Assembly: GCF_009914755.1 (NCBI RefSeq)
Contig: NC_060948.1
Length of the DNA stretch: 64,000 nt
Reading direction: 5' to 3' (one strand)
Origin: the human T2T-CHM13v2.0 reference genome, Homo sapiens
Part shown: positions 13,504 through 29,600 of the stretch, piece by piece
Numbering within the stretch: the first letter of the stretch is position 1
Layout of the letters: every line of letters starts with the position of its first letter
Position numbers and translations under genes: made by a program
The notes under the pieces: model-generated
What the model saw: the letters and a program-made list of their open reading frames with translations, nothing else
What the model was told of the DNA's origin: nothing
Databases searched by the model: none

Positions 13504-16500
13504 CCTGTCCATTACACTACATTCCCTTCCATTCCAATGAATTCCATTCCATTCCAATCCATTCCTTTCCTTTCGCTTGCATTCCATTCTATTCCCTTCT
13601 ACTGCATACAATTTCACTCCATTCGTTCCCATTCCATTCAATTCCATTCCATTCAATTCCATTCCATTTGTTTCCATTCTCTTCGATTCCATTTCTTTAT
13701 ATTCCATGCCATTCGATTCCATTCTATTGGATTGCATTACATTCGTGTTCATTCCATTCCAGACCATTCCATTTGACTCCATTCCTTTCGAGCCCTTTCA
13801 ATTTGAGTCCATTCCTTTCCAGTCCATTTCACTCCAGTCCATTACTATCCATTCCATCCCATTCCATCCCATTCCATTCCATTCCATTCCATTCCATTCC
13901 ATTCCATTCCATTCCATTTCATTCCATTCCATTCCATTCCATTGCACTGCACTCCATTCCATTACATTCTACTCTATCTGAGTCGGTTTAATTGCATTAG
14001 ATTCTATTCCATTGGATTACTTTCCATTCGATTACATTCCATTCATGTACATTCCATTCCAGTCAATTACATTCGAGTTCATTACATTACATTCCAGTAT
14101 ATTCCATTGTGTTCGATCCCATTCCTTTCAATTCCATTTCATTCGACTCCATTATATTCGATTCCATTCCACTCGAATCCATTCCATTAGAGGACATTCC
14201 ATTCCAATGCATTCCATTCCATTCCATAACATTCCATTGCATTCGATTCCATTCCATTTGATGCCATTCCATTTGATGCCATTCCATGACATTCCATTCC
14301 ATTCGAGTCCATTCCGTTCCAATTCATTCCATTCCGTTTCATGAAATTCGAGTCCTTTCCAGTACATTTCATTCCAATCCCATCCAATCCAATCTACTCC
14401 ATTCAATTCCTTTCCATTCCATTTGATTAGATTCCATTGATTTGATTCCATTCAGTTTGATTCCATTCCGTGAAATTTCGTTCCATTCTATTCCATTGCA
14501 TTACTTTCCATTCAATTCCATTCCATTTCATTTCAGTCCATTCGCTTCCTTTCCTTTCGATTCAATTCCATTTGATTCCACTCCATTCTATGCGATTTCA
14601 TTCCAATCGATTCAATTCCATTGGATGACATTCCTTTCGTTTCCATTCCTTTCGAGTCCATTCAATTTGAGCATTCGTGTCCATTCTATTCGAGTCCATT
14701 CCATTACCGTCTATTCTATTCCCTTCCATTCCTGTTGATTCAATTTCATTCCCTTCCATTCGATTCCTTTCCATTCGATTCCATTCCTTTCCATTCCATT
14801 CCATTCGTTCCCATTCCATGTGATTTCATTCCATTCCAGTCCATTATATTCGAGTCCACTCCACTCCATTCTATTACATTCAATTCCTTTGGAGTCCGTT
14901 CCATAACACTCCATTCATTTCGATTCCATTTCTTGCCAGTTTTCTTCCATTTTATTCCATTCCGTTCGATTCCATTCCATTCGATTGCATTCCATTCGAA
15001 TCCTTTCCATTCCATTTCATTCCATTCCTTTCTATTCCATTCCATTTCATTCGATTTGATTCCATTCTGTTCTATTCCATTCAATTCTTTTTCATTCCAT
15101 TCGAATCCTTTCTATTGCAGTCCATTCCATTCGAGTCCATTCCAATCCCTTCCATTCCATTCCATTACAGACCATTCCAATAGATTCCGTTCCTTTGCCT
15201 TCCATTCGAATCCATTCCATTCTAGTCCATTCCATTTGAGTCAATTCCATTCCATTCCATTCTATTCCTTTCCAATCCATTCGATTCCATTCGATTCAAT
15301 TCCATTTGATTCTCTTTCATTCTATTTTATTCCATGCCATTTGATTGCATTGCATTCCATTCCGTTTGATTCCAGTCCATTCAAGAAAGTTCCATTCCAG
15401 TCCATTGCTTTCCAGTCCATTCCATTCCACTCTAGTCTATTCCACTCCATTCCTTTCCATTCCATTCCATACTATTCCATTCCGTTTCCAATCTATTCGA
15501 GTCCATTGCATTCCAGTCCAATCCATTCGATTACATTCCTTTTGATTCCCTGCCAGTCGATTGCATTGCATACTACACCATTCCAAAGGAGTCCATTCCA
15601 TTCTATCTCAACACTTTCCATTCCACTCTGTTCGAGTCCATTCCATTCCAGTCCGTTTAATTCAAGGGCATTCCATTCCATTCCATTCCATTCCATTTCA
15701 TATTATTCCATTCCATTCAATTCCATTCCAGATGATTCCATTCCATTCTATACCATTGCTCTCTGTTCCATTCCATTCCATCTGTCTCCATTCCTTTCGT
15801 TTCGATTCCTTTCCATTCCATTCCATTCCATTTGATCCTATTTTATTAAGTTGCATTCTATTCGAGTGATTTCCATTCGAGTCCTTTCCATTCGATTCCA
15901 TTCCATTCTATTCCATTCCTTTGGATTCCATTCCATTCCGTTCCGTTCACATCAATTCCTTGCGATTCCATTACATTCGATTTCTTGCCATTCGATTCCA
16001 TTCCTTTTGACTCCATTTCATTCGATTCCATTCCATTCCATTAATTTCCATTCCATTCGAGACCTTTCCATTGCAGTCTTTTCCCTTCGAGTCCATTCCG
16101 TTCGAATCCCTTCCATTCGATTCCATTCCATTGGAGTCCGTACCAGTCGAGTCCATTCTATTCCAGTCCATAAGTTTCGACTCCGTTGCATTCGAGTGCA
16201 TTCCATTCCGTGGCTGTCCATTCCATTCCGTTTGATGCCATTCCATACGATTCCATTCAATTCGAGACCATTCTATTCCTGTCCATTCCTTGTGGTTTGA
16301 TTCCATTTCACTCTAGTCCATTCCATTCCATTCAATTCCATTCGACTCTATTCCGTTCCATTCAATTCCATTCCATTCGATTCCATTTTTTTCGAGAACC
16401 TTCCATTACACTCCCTTCCATTCCAGTGCATTCCATTCCAGTCTCTTCAGTTCGATTCCATTCCATTCGTTTCGATTCCTTTCCATTCCAGCCCATTCCA

Positions 16501-19500
16501 TTCCATTCCATTCCTTTCCTTTCCGTTTCATTAGATTCCATTGCATTCCATTCCATTCAATTCAATTCCGTGCTATTCAATTTGATTCCTTTGCATTTAA
16601 TTCCATTCCATTAGATTCCATTCCGTTCGATTCCATTCCTTTCGAATCCATTCCATTGGAGTCCATTCACTTCCAGAACATTCCATTTCAGTCGAATCAA
16701 TTCGAGTACATTCCATTAATGTTCATTACATTCTAATACATTCCATTCCATTGCATTCCATTCCATTCCATTCGATGCCATTCGATTCCATTCCGTGCCA
16801 AATGATTGCATTCCTTTCCATTCCGTTCCTATCAATTCCATTCCATTCGATTTAGTTCGATTCTATTCACTTCCATTCCATTCGATTCCATTCCATTGGA
16901 GTCAATTCCTTTCGACACCCAGCCTTTCCAGTCAATGATTTTGGATTCCATTTTTTTGCATTCCATTACATTCTATGACATTCGATTCCGTTTCATTGCA
17001 TTCCATTCCATACATTTTTATTCCATTCGAGACCGTAGCATTCCACTTTATTCCAGGCCTGTCCATTACACTACATTCCCTTCCATTCCAATGAATTCCA
17101 TTCCATTCCAATCCATTCCTTTCCTTTGGCTTGCATTCCATTCTATTCCCTTCTACTGCATACAATTTCACTCCATTCGTTCCCATTCCATTCAATTCCA
17201 TTCCATTCAATTCCATTCCATTTGTTTCCATTCTCTTCGATTCCATTTCTTTATATTCCATGACATTCGATTCCATTCTATTGGATTGCATTACATTCGT
17301 GTTCATTCCATTCCAGACCATTCCATTTGACTCCATTCCTTTCGAGCCCTTTCAATTTGAGTCCATTCCTTTCCAGTCCATTTCACTCCAGTCCATTACT
17401 ATCCATTCCATACCATTCCATCCCATTCCATCCCATTCCATTCCATTCCATTCCATTCCATTCCATTCCATTCCATTCCATTCCATTCAATTGCATTCCA
17501 TTCCATTCCATTCCATTGCACTGCACTCCATTCCATTACATTCTACTCTATCTGAGTTGATTTTATTGCATTAGATTATATTCCATTGGATTATTTTCCA
17601 TTCGATTACATTCCATTCATATACATTCCATTCCAGTCAATTACATTCGAGTTCATTACATTACATTCCAGTATATTCCATTGTATTCGATCCCATTCCT
17701 TTCAATTCCATTTCATTCGACTCCATTATATTCGATTTCATTCCACTCGAATCCATTCCATTAGAGGACATTCCATTCCAATGCATTCCATTCCATTCCA
17801 TAGCATTCCATTGCATTCGATTCCATTCCATTTGATGCCATTCCATTTGATGCCATTCCATGACATTCCATTCCATTCGAGTCCATTCCGTTCCAATTCA
17901 TTCCATTCCGTTTCATGAAATTCGAGTCCTTTCCAGTACATTTCATTCCAATCCCATCCAATCCAATCTACTCCATTCAATTCCTTTCCATTCCATTTGA
18001 TTTGATTCCATTGATTTGATTCCATTCAGTTTGATTCCATTCCGTGAAATTTCGTTCCATTCTATTCCATTGCATTACTTTCCATTCAATTCCATTCCAT
18101 TTCATTTCAGTCCATTCGCTTCCTTTCCTTTCGATTCAATTCCATTTGATTCCACTCCATTCTATGCGATTTCATTCCAATCGATTCAATTCCATTCGAT
18201 GACATTCCTTTCGTTTCCATTCCATTCGAGTCCATTCAATTTGAGCATTCGTGTCCATTCTATTCGAGTCCATTCCATTACCGTCTATTCTATTCCCTTC
18301 CATTCCTGTTGATTCAATTTCATTCCCTTCCATTCGATTCCTTTCCATTCGATTCCATTCCTTTCCATTCCATTCCATTCGTTCCCATTCCATGTGATTT
18401 CATTCCATTCCAGTCCATTATATTCGAGTCCACTCCACTCCATTCTATTACATTCAATTCCTTTTGAGTCCGTTCCATAACACTCCATTCATTTCGATTC
18501 CATTTCTTGCCAGTTTTCTTCCATTTTATTCCATTCCGTTCGATTCCATTCCATTCGATTGCATTCCATTCGAATCCTTTCCATTCCATTTCATTCCATT
18601 CCTTTCTATTCCATTCCATTTCATTCGATTTGATTCCATTCTGTTCTATTCCATTCAATTCTTTTTCATTCCATTCGAATCCTTTCTATTGCAGTCCATT
18701 CCATTCGAGTCCATTCCAATCCCTTCCATTCCATTCCATTACAGTCCATTCCAATAGATTCCATTCCTTTGCCTTCCATTCGAATCCATTCCATTCTAGT
18801 CCATTCCATTTGAGTCAATTCCATTCCATTCCATTCTATTCCTTTCCAATCCATTCGATTCAATTCCATTTGATTCTCTTTCATTCTATTTTATTCCATG
18901 CCATTGATTGCATTGCATTCCATTCCGTTTGATTCCAGTCCATTCAAGAAAGTTCCATTCCAGTCCATTGCTTTCCAGTCCATTCCATTCCACTCTAGTC
19001 TATTCCACTCCATTCCTTTCCATTCCATTCCATACTATTCCATTCCATTCCTTTGCATTCCGTTTCCAATCTATTCGAGTCCATTGCATTCCAGTCCAAT
19101 CCATTCCATTACATTCCTTTTGATTCCCTGCCAGTCGATTGCATTGCATACTACACCATTCCAAAGGAGTCCATTCCATTCTATCTCAACACTTTCCATT
19201 CCACTCTGTTCGAGTCCATTCCATTCCAGTCCATTTAATTCAAGGGCATTCCATTCCATTCCATTCCATTCAATTCCATTTCATATTATTCCATTCCATT
19301 CAATTCCATTCCAGATGATTCCATTCCATTCTATACCATTGCTCTCTGTTCCCTTCCATTCCATCTGTCTCCATTCCTTTCGTTTCGATTCCTTTCCATT
19401 CCATTCCATTACATTTGATCCTATTTTATTAAATTGCATTCTATTCGAGTGATTTCCATTCGAGTCCTTTCCATTCGATTCCATTCCATTCTATTCCATT

Positions 19501-20699
19501 CCTTTGGATTCCATTCCATTCCCTTCCGTTCACATCAATTCCTTGCGATTCCATTACATTCGATTTCTTGCCATTCGATTCCATTCCTTTTGACTCCATT
19601 TCATTCGATTCCATTCCATTCCATTAATTTCCATTCCATTCGAGACCATTCCATTGCAGTCTTTTCCCTTCGAGTCCATTCCGTTCGATTCCCTTCCATT
19701 CGATTCCATTCCATTGGAGTCCGTACCAGTCGAGTCCATTCTATTCCAGTCCATTAGTTTCGACTCCATTACATTCGAGTGCATTCCATTCCGTGGCTGT
19801 CCATTCCATTCCGTTTGATGCCATTCCATATGATTCCATTCAATTCGAGACCATTCTATTCCTGTCCATTCCTTGTGCTTCGATTCCATTTCACTCTAGT
19901 CCATTCCATTCCATTCAATTCCATTCGACTCTATTCCGTTCCATTCAATTCCATTCCATTCGATTCCATTTTTTTCGAGAACCTTCCATTACACTCCCTT
20001 CCATTCCAGTGCATTCCATTCCAGTCTCTTCAGTTCGATTCCATTCCATTCGTTTCGATTCCTTTCCATTCCAGCCCATTCCATTCCATTCCATTCCTTT
20101 CCTTTCCGTTTCATTAGATTCCATTGCATTCCATTCCATTCAATTCAATTCCGTGCTATTCAATTTGATTCATATCCATTTAATTCCATTCCATTAGATT
20201 CCATTCCGTACGATTCCATTCCTTTGGAATCCATTCCATTGGAGTCCATTCACTTCCAGAACATTCCATTCCAGTCGAATCCATTCGAGTACATTCCATT
20301 AAAGTTCATTACATTCTAATACATTCCATTCCATTGCATTCCATTCCATTCCATTCGATGCCATTCGATTCCATTCCATGCCAAATCATTGCATTCCTTT
20401 CCATTCCGTTCCTATCAATTCCATTCCATTCGATTTAGTTCGATTCTATTCACTTCCATTCCATTCGATTCCATTCCATTGGAGTCAATTCCTTTCGACA
20501 CCCAGCCTTTCCAGTCAATGATTTTGGAGTCCATTTTTTTGCATTCCATTACATTCTATGACATTCGATTCCGTTTCATTGCATTCCATTCCATACATTT
20601 TTATTCCATTCGAGACCGTAGCATTCCACTTTATTCCAGACCTGTCCATTACACTACATTCCCTTCCATTCCAATGAATTCCATTCCATTCCAATCCAT

Positions 20700-23600
20700 T
20701 CCTTTCCTTTCGCTTGCATTCCATTCTATTCCCTTCTACTGCATACAATTTCACTCCATTCGTTCCCATTCCATTCAATTCCATTCCATTCAATTCCATT
20801 CCATTTGTTTCCATTCTCTTCGATTCCATTTCTTTATATTCCATGCCATTCGATTCCATTCTATTGGATTGCATTACATTCGTGTTCATTCCATTCCAGA
20901 CCATTCCATTTGACTCCATTCCTTTCGAGCCCTTTCAATTTGAGTCCATTCCTTTCCAGTCCAGTTCACTCCAGTCCATTACTATCCATTCCATACCATT
21001 CCATCCCATTCCATTCCATTCCATTCCATTCCATTCCATTCCATTCCATTGCATTCAATTCCATTCCATTCCATTGCACTGCACTCCATTCCATTACATT
21101 CTACTCTATCTGAGTCGGTTTTATTGCATTAGATTCTATTCCATTGGATTACTTTCCATTCGATTACATTCCATTCATGTACATTCCATTCCAGTCAATT
21201 ACATTCGAGTTCATTACATTACATTCCAGTATATTCCATTCTATTCGATCCCATTCCTTTCAATTCCATTTCATTCGACTCCATTATATTCGATTCCATT
21301 CCACTCGAATCCATTCCATTAGAGGACATTCCATTCCAATGCATTCCATTCCATTCCATAACATTCCATTGCATTCGATTCCATTCCATTTGATGCCATT
21401 CCATTTGATGCCATTCCATGACATTCCATTCCATTCGAGTCCATTCCGTTCCAATTCATTCCATTCCGTTTCATGAAATTCGAGTCCTTTCCAGTACATT
21501 TCATTCCAATCCCATCCAATCCAATCTACTCCATTCAATTCCTTTCCATTCCATTTGATTAGATTCCATTGATTTGATTCCATTCAGTTTGATTCCATTC
21601 CGTGAAATTTCGTTCCATTCTATTCCATTGCATTACTTTCCATTCAATTCCATTCCATTTCATTTCAGTCCATTCGCTTCCTTTCCTTTCGATTCAATTC
21701 CATTTGATTCCACTCCATTCTATGCGATTTCATTCCAATCGATTCAATTCCATTCGATGACATTCCTTTCGTTTCCATTCCATTCGAGTCCATTCAATTT
21801 GAGCATTCGTGTCCATTCTATTCGAGTCCATTCCATTTCCGTCTATTCTATTCCCTTCCATTCCTGTTGATTCAATTTCATTCCCTTCCATTCGATTCCT
21901 TTCCATTCGATTCCATTCCTTTCCATTCCATTCCATTCGTTCCCATTCCATGTGATTTCATTCCATTCCAGTCCATTATATTCGAGTCCACTCCACTCCA
22001 TTCTATTACATTCAATTCCTTTTGAGTCCGTTCCATAACACTCCATTCATTTCGCTTCCATTTCTTGCCAGTTTGCTTCCATTTTATTCCATTCCGTTCG
22101 ATTCCATTCCATTCGATTGCATTCCATTCGAATCCTTTCCATTCCATTTCATTCCATTCCTTTCTATTCCATTCCATTTCATTCGATTTGATTCCATTCT
22201 GTTCTATTCCATTCAATTCTTTTTCATTCCATTCGAATCCTTTCTATTGCAGTCCATTCCGTTCGAGTCCATTCCAATCCCTTCCATTCCATTCCATTAC
22301 AGTCCATTCCAATAGATTCCATTCCTTTGCCTTCCATTCGAATCCATTCCATTCTAGTCCATTCCATTTGAGTCAATTCCATTCCATTCCATTCTATTCC
22401 TTTCCAATCCATTAGATTCCATTCGATTCAATTCCATTTGATTCTCTTTCATTCTATTTTATTCCATGCCATTTGATTGCATTGCATTCCATTCCGTTTG
22501 ATTCCAGTCCATTCAAGAAAGTTCCATTCCAGTCCATTGCTTTCCAGTCCATTCCATTCCATTCTAGTCTATTCCACTCCATTCCTTTCCATTCCATTCC
22601 ATACTATTCCATTCCATTCTTTTGCATTCCGTTTCCAATCTATTCGAGTCCATTGCATTCCAGTCCAGTCCATTCCATTACATTCCTTTTGATTCCCTGC
22701 CAGTCGATTGCATTGCATACTACACCATTCCAAAGGAGTCCATTCCATTCTATCTCAACACTTTCCATTCCACTCTGTTCGAGTCCATTCCATTCCAGTC
22801 CATTTAATTCAAGGGCATTCCATTCCATTCCATTCCATTCCATTCCATTCCATTCCATTTCATATTATTCCATTCCATTCAATTCCATTCCAGATGATTC
22901 CATTCCATTCTATACCATTGCTCTCTGTTCCCTTCCATTCCATCTGTCTCCATTCCTTTCGTTTCGATTCCTTTCCATTCCATTCCATTACATTTGATCC
23001 TATTTTATTAAATTGCATTCTATTCGAGTGATTTCCATTCGAGTCCTTTCCATTCGATTCCATTCCATTCTATTCCATTCCTTTGGATTCCATTCCATTC
23101 CCTTCCGTTCACATCAATTCCTTGCGATTCCATTACATTCGATTTCTTGCCATTCGATTCCATTCCTTTTGACTCCATTTCATTCGATTCCATTCCATTC
23201 CATTAATTTCCATTCCATTCGAGACCATTCCATTGCAGTCTTTTCCCTTCGAGTCCATTCCGTTCGATTCCCTTCCATTCGATTCCATTCCATTGGAGTC
23301 CGTACCAGTCGAGTCCATTCTATTCCAGTCCATTAGTTTCGACTCCATTACATTCGAGTGCATTCCATTCCGTGGCTGTCCATTCCATTCCGTTTGATGC
23401 CATTCCATACGATTCCATTCAATTCGAGACCATTCTATTCCTGTCCATTCCTTGTGCTTCGATTCCATTTCACTCTGGTCCATTCCATTCCATTCAATTC
23501 CATTCGACTCTATTCCGTTCCATTCAATTCCATTCCATTCGATTCCATTTTTTTCGAGAACCTTCCATTACACTCCCTTCCATTCCAGTGCATTCCATTC

Positions 23601-26600
23601 CAGTCTCTTCAGTTCGATTCCATTCCATTCGTTTCGATTCCTTTCCATTCCAGCCCATTCCATTCCATTCCATTCCTTTCCTTTCCGTTTCATTAGATTC
23701 CATTGCATTCCATTCCATTCAATTCAATTCCGTGCTATTCAATTTGATTCATATCCATTTAATTCCATTCCATTAGATTCCATTCCGTACGATTCCATTC
23801 CTTTGGAATCCATTCCATTGGAGTCCATTCACTTCCAGAACATTCCATTCCAGTCGAATCCATTCGAGTACATTCCATTAAAGTTCATTACATTCTAATA
23901 CATTCCATTCCATTGCATTCCATTCCATTCCATTCGATGCCATTCGATTCCATTCCATGCCAAATCATTGCATTCCTTTCCATTCCGTTCCTATCAATTC
24001 CATTCCATTCGATTTAGTTCGATTCTATTCACTTCCATTCCATTCGATTCCATTCCATTGGAGTCAATTCCTTTCGACACCCAGCCTTTCCAGTCAATGA
24101 TTTTGGAGTCCATTTTTTTGCATTCCATTACATTCTATGACATTCGATTCCGTTTCATTGCATTCCATTCCATACATTTTTATTCCATTCGAGACCGTAG
24201 CATTCCACTTTATTCCAGACCTGTCCATTACACTACATTCCCTTCCATTCCAATGAATTCCATTCCATTCCAATCCATTCCTTTCCTTTCGCTTGCATTC
24301 CATTCTATTCCCTTCTACTGCATACAATTTCACTCCATTCGTTCCCATTCCATTCAATTCCATTCCATTCAATTCCATTCCATTTGTTTCCATTCTCTTC
24401 GATTCCATTTCTTTATATTCCATGCCATTCGATTCCATTCTATTGGATTGCATGACTTTCGTGTTCATTCCATTCCAGACCATTCCATTTGACTCCATTC
24501 CTTTCGAGCCCTTTCAATTTGAGTCCATTCCTTTCCAGTCCATTTCACTCCAGTCCATTACTATCCATTCCATACCATTCCATCCCATTCCATTAAATTC
24601 CATTCCATTCCATTCCATTCCATTCCATTGCATTCCATTCCATTCCATTCCATTGCACTGCACTCCATTCCATTACATTCTACTCTATTTGAGTCGATTT
24701 TATTGCATTAGATTCTATTCCATTGGATTACTTTCCATTCGATTACATTCCATTCATGTACATTCCATTCCAGTCAATTACATTCGAGTTCATTACATTA
24801 CATTCCAGTATATTCCATTGTATTCGATCCCATTCCTTTCAATTCCATTTCATTCGACTCCATTATATTCGATTCCATTCCACTCGAATCCATTCCATTA
24901 GAGGACATTCCATTCCAATGCATTCCATTCCATTCCATAGCATTCCGTTGCATTCGATTCCATTCCATTTGATGCCATTCCATTTGATGCCATTCCATGA
25001 CATTCTATTCCATTCGAGTCCATTCCGTTCCAATTCATTCCATTCCGTTTCATGAAATTCGAGTCCTTTCCAGTACATTTCATTCCAATCCCATCCAATC
25101 CAATCTACTCCATTCAATTCCTTTCCATTCCATTTGATTAGATTCCATTGATTTGATTCCATTCAGTTTGATTCCATTCCGTGAAATTTCGTTCCATTCT
25201 ATTCCATTGCATTACTTTCCATTCAATTCCATTCCATTTCATTTCAGTCCATTCGATTCCTTTCCTTTCGATTCAATTCCATTTGATTCCACTCCATTCT
25301 ATGCGATTTCATTCCAATCGATTCAATTCCATTCGATGACATTCCTTTCGTTTCCATTCCATTCGAGTCCATTCAATTTGAGTATTCGTGTCCATTCAAT
25401 TCGAGTCCATTCCATTACCGTCTATTCTATTCCCTTCCATTCCTGTTGATTCAATTTCATTCCCTTCCATTCGATTCCTTTCCATTCAATTCCATTCCTT
25501 TCCATTCCATTCCATTCCTTCCCATTCCATGTGATTTCATTCCATTCCAGTCCATTATATTCGAGTCCACTCCACTCCATTCTATTACATTCAATTCCTT
25601 TTGAGTCCGTTCCATAACACTCCATTCATTTCGATTCCATTTCTTGCCAGTTTTCTTCCATTTTATTCCATTCCGTTCGATTCCATTCCATTCGATTGCA
25701 TTCCATTCGAATCCTTTCCATTCCATTTCATTCCATTCCTTTCTATTCCATTCCATTTCATTCGATTTGATTCCATTCTGTTCTATTCCATTCAATTCTT
25801 TTTCATTCCATTCGAATCCTTTCTATTGCAGTCCATTCCATTCGAGTCCATTCCAATCCCTTCCATTCCATTCCATTACAGTCCATTCCAATAGATTCCA
25901 TTCCTTTGCCTTCCATTCGAATCCATTCCATTCTAGTCCATTCCATTTGAGTCAATTCCATTCCATTCCATTCTATTCCTTTCCAATCCATTCGATTCCA
26001 TTCGATTCAATTCCATTTGATTCTCTTTCATTCTATTTTATTCCATGCCATTTGATTGCATTGCATTCCATTCCGTTTGATTCCAGTCCATTCAAGAAAG
26101 TTCCATTCCTGTCCATTTCTTTCCAGTCCATTCCATTCCACTCTAGTCTATTCCACTCCATTCCTTTCCATTCCATTCCATACTATTCCATTCCATTCCT
26201 TTGCATTCCGTTTGCAATCTATTCGAGTCCATTGCATTCCAGTCCAATCCATTCGATTACATTCCTTTTGATTCCCTGCCAGTCGATTGCATTGCATACT
26301 AGACCATTCCAAACGAGTCCATTCCATTCTATCTCAAAACTTTCCATTCCACTCTGTTCGAGTCCATTCCATTCCAGTCCATTTAATTCAAGGGCATTCC
26401 ATTCCATTCCATTCCATTCCATTTCATATTATTCCATTCCATTCAATTCCATTCCAGATGATTCCATTCCATTCTATACCATTGCTCTCTGTTCCATTCC
26501 ATTCCATCTGTCTCCATTCCTTTCGTTTCGATTCCTTTCCATTCCATTCCATTACATTTGATCCTATTTTATTAAATTGCATTCTATTCGAGTGATTTCC

Positions 26601-29600
26601 ATTCGAGTCCTTTCCATTCGATTCCATTCCATTCTATTCCATTCCTTTGGATTCCATTCCATTCCGTTCCGTTCACATCAATTCCTTGCGATTCCATTAC
26701 ATTCGATTTCTTGCCATTCGATTCCATTCCTTTTGACTCCATTTCATTCGATTCCATTCCATTCCATTAATTTCCATTCCATTCGAGACCTTTCCATTGC
26801 AGTCTTTTCCCTTCGAGTCCATTCCTTTCGATTCCCTTCCATTCGATTCCATTCCATTGGAGTCCGTACCAGTCGAGTCCATTCTATTCCAGTCCATTAG
26901 TTTCGACTCCATTGCATTCGAGTGCATTCCATTCCGTGGCTGTCCATTCCATTCCGTTTGATGCCATTCCATACGATTCCATTCAATTCGAGACCATTCT
27001 ATTCCTGTCCATTCCTTGTGGTTCGATTCCATTTCACTCTAGTCCATTCCATTCCATTCAATTCCATTCGACTCTATTCCGTTCCATTCAATTCCATTCC
27101 ATTCGATTCCATTTTTGTCGAGAACCTTCCATTACACTCCCTTCCATTCCAGTGCATTCCATTCCAGTCTCTTCAGTTCGATTCCATTCCATTCGTTTCG
27201 ATTCCTTTCCATTCCAGCCCATTCCATTCCATTCCTTTCCTTTCCGTTTCATTAGATTCCATTGCATTCGATTCCATTCAATTCAATTCCATGCTATTCA
27301 ATTTGATTCATTTCCATTTAATTCCATTCCATTAGATTCCATTCCGTACGATTCCATTCCTTTTGAATCCATTCCATTGGAGTCCATTCACTTCCAGAAC
27401 ATTCCATTCCAGTCGAATCCATTCGAGTACATTCCATTAAAGTTCATTAGATTCTAATACGTTCCATTCCATTGCATTCCATTCCATTCCATTCGATGCC
27501 ATTCGATTCCATTCCGTGCCAAATCATTGCATTCCTTTCCATTCCGTTCCTATCAATTCCATTCCATTCGATTTAGTTCGATTCTATTCACTTCCACTCC
27601 ATTCGATTCCATTCCATTGGAGTCAATTCCTTTCGACACCCAGCCTTTCCAGTCAATGATTTTGGATTCCATTTTTTTGCATTCCATTACATTCTATGAC
27701 ATTCGATTCCGTTTCATTGCATTCCATTCCATACATTTTTATTCCATTCGAGACCGTAGCATTCCACTTTATTCCAGGCCTGTCCATTACACTACATTCC
27801 CTTCCATTCCAATGAATTCCATTCCATTCCAATCCATTCCTTTCCTTTCGCTTGCATTCCATTCTATTCCCTTCTACTGCATACAATTTCACTCCATTCG
27901 TTCCCATTCCATTCAATTCCATTCCATTCAATTCCATTCCATTTGTTTCCATTCTCTTCGATTCCATTTCTTTATATTCCATGCCATTCGATTCCATTCT
28001 ATTGGATTGCATTACATTCGTGTTCATTCCATTCCAGACCATTCCATTTGACTCCATTCCTTTCGAGCCCTTTCAATTTGAGTCCATTCCTTTCCAGTCC
28101 AGTTCACTCCAGTCCATTACTATCCATTCCATACCATTCCATCCCATTCCATTCCATTCCATTCCATTCCATTCCATTCCATTCCATTGCATTCAATTCC
28201 ATTCCATTCCATTGCACTGCACTCCATTCCATTACATTCTACTCTATCTGAGTCGGTTTTATTGCATTAGATTCTATTCCATTGGATTACTTTCCATTCG
28301 ATTACATTCCATTCATGTACATTCCATTCCAGTCAATTACATTCGAGTTCATTACATTACATTCCAGTATATTCCATTCTATTCGATCCCATTCCTTTCA
28401 ATTCCATTTCATTCGACTCCATTATATTCGATTCCATTCCACTCGAATCCATTCCATTAGAGGACATTCCATTCCAATGCATTCCATTCCATTCCATAAC
28501 ATTCCATTGCATTCGATTCCATTCCATTTGATGCCATTCCATTTGATGCCATTCCATGACATTCCATTCCATTCGAGTCCATTCCGTTCCAATTCATTCC
28601 ATTCCGTTTCATGAAATTCGAGTCCTTTCCAGTACATTTCATTCCAATCCCATCCAATCCAATCTACTCCATTCAATTCCTTTCCATTCCATTTGATTAG
28701 ATTCCATTGATTTGATTCCATTCAGTTTGATTCCATTCCGTGAAATTTCGTTCCATTCTATTCCATTGCATTACTTTCCATTCAATTCCATTCCATTTCA
28801 TTTCAGTCCATTCGCTTCCTTTCCTTTCGATTCAATTCCATTTGATTCCACTCCATTCTATGCGATTTCATTCCAATCGATTCAATTCCATTCGATGACA
28901 TTCCTTTCGTTTCCATTCCATTCGAGTCCATTCAATTTGAGCATTCGTGTCCATTCTATTCGAGTCCATTCCATTTCCGTCTATTCTATTCCCTTCCATT
29001 CCTGTTGATTCAATTTCATTCCCTTCCATTCGATTCCTTTCCATTCGATTCCATTCCTTTCCATTCCATTCCATTCGTTCCCATTCCATGTGATTTCATT
29101 CCATTCCAGTCCATTATATTCGAGTCCACTCCACTCCATTCTATTACATTCAATTCCTTTTGAGTCCGTTCCATAACACTCCATTCATTTCGCTTCCATT
29201 TCTTGCCAGTTTGCTTCCATTTTATTCCATTCCGTTCGATTCCATTCCATTCGATTGCATTCCATTCGAATCCTTTCCATTCCATTTCATTCCATTCCTT
29301 TCTATTCCATTCCATTTCATTCGATTTGATTCCATTCTGTTCTATTCCATTCAATTCTTTTTCATTCCATTCGAATCCTTTCTATTGCAGTCCATTCCGT
29401 TCGAGTCCATTCCAATCCCTTCCATTCCATTCCATTACAGTCCATTCCAATAGATTCCATTCCTTTGCCTTCCATTCGAATCCATTCCATTCTAGTCCAT
29501 TCCATTTGAGTCAATTCCATTCCATTCCATTCTATTCCTTTCCAATCCATTAGATTCCATTCGATTCAATTCCATTTGATTCTCTTTCATTCTATTTTAT

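Noticed and set aside
14621-15835. 404-aa ORF
   Set aside because: Created by a single tga>gga change near 14891 that joins two spurious satellite ORFs; not conserved in neighbouring monomers.
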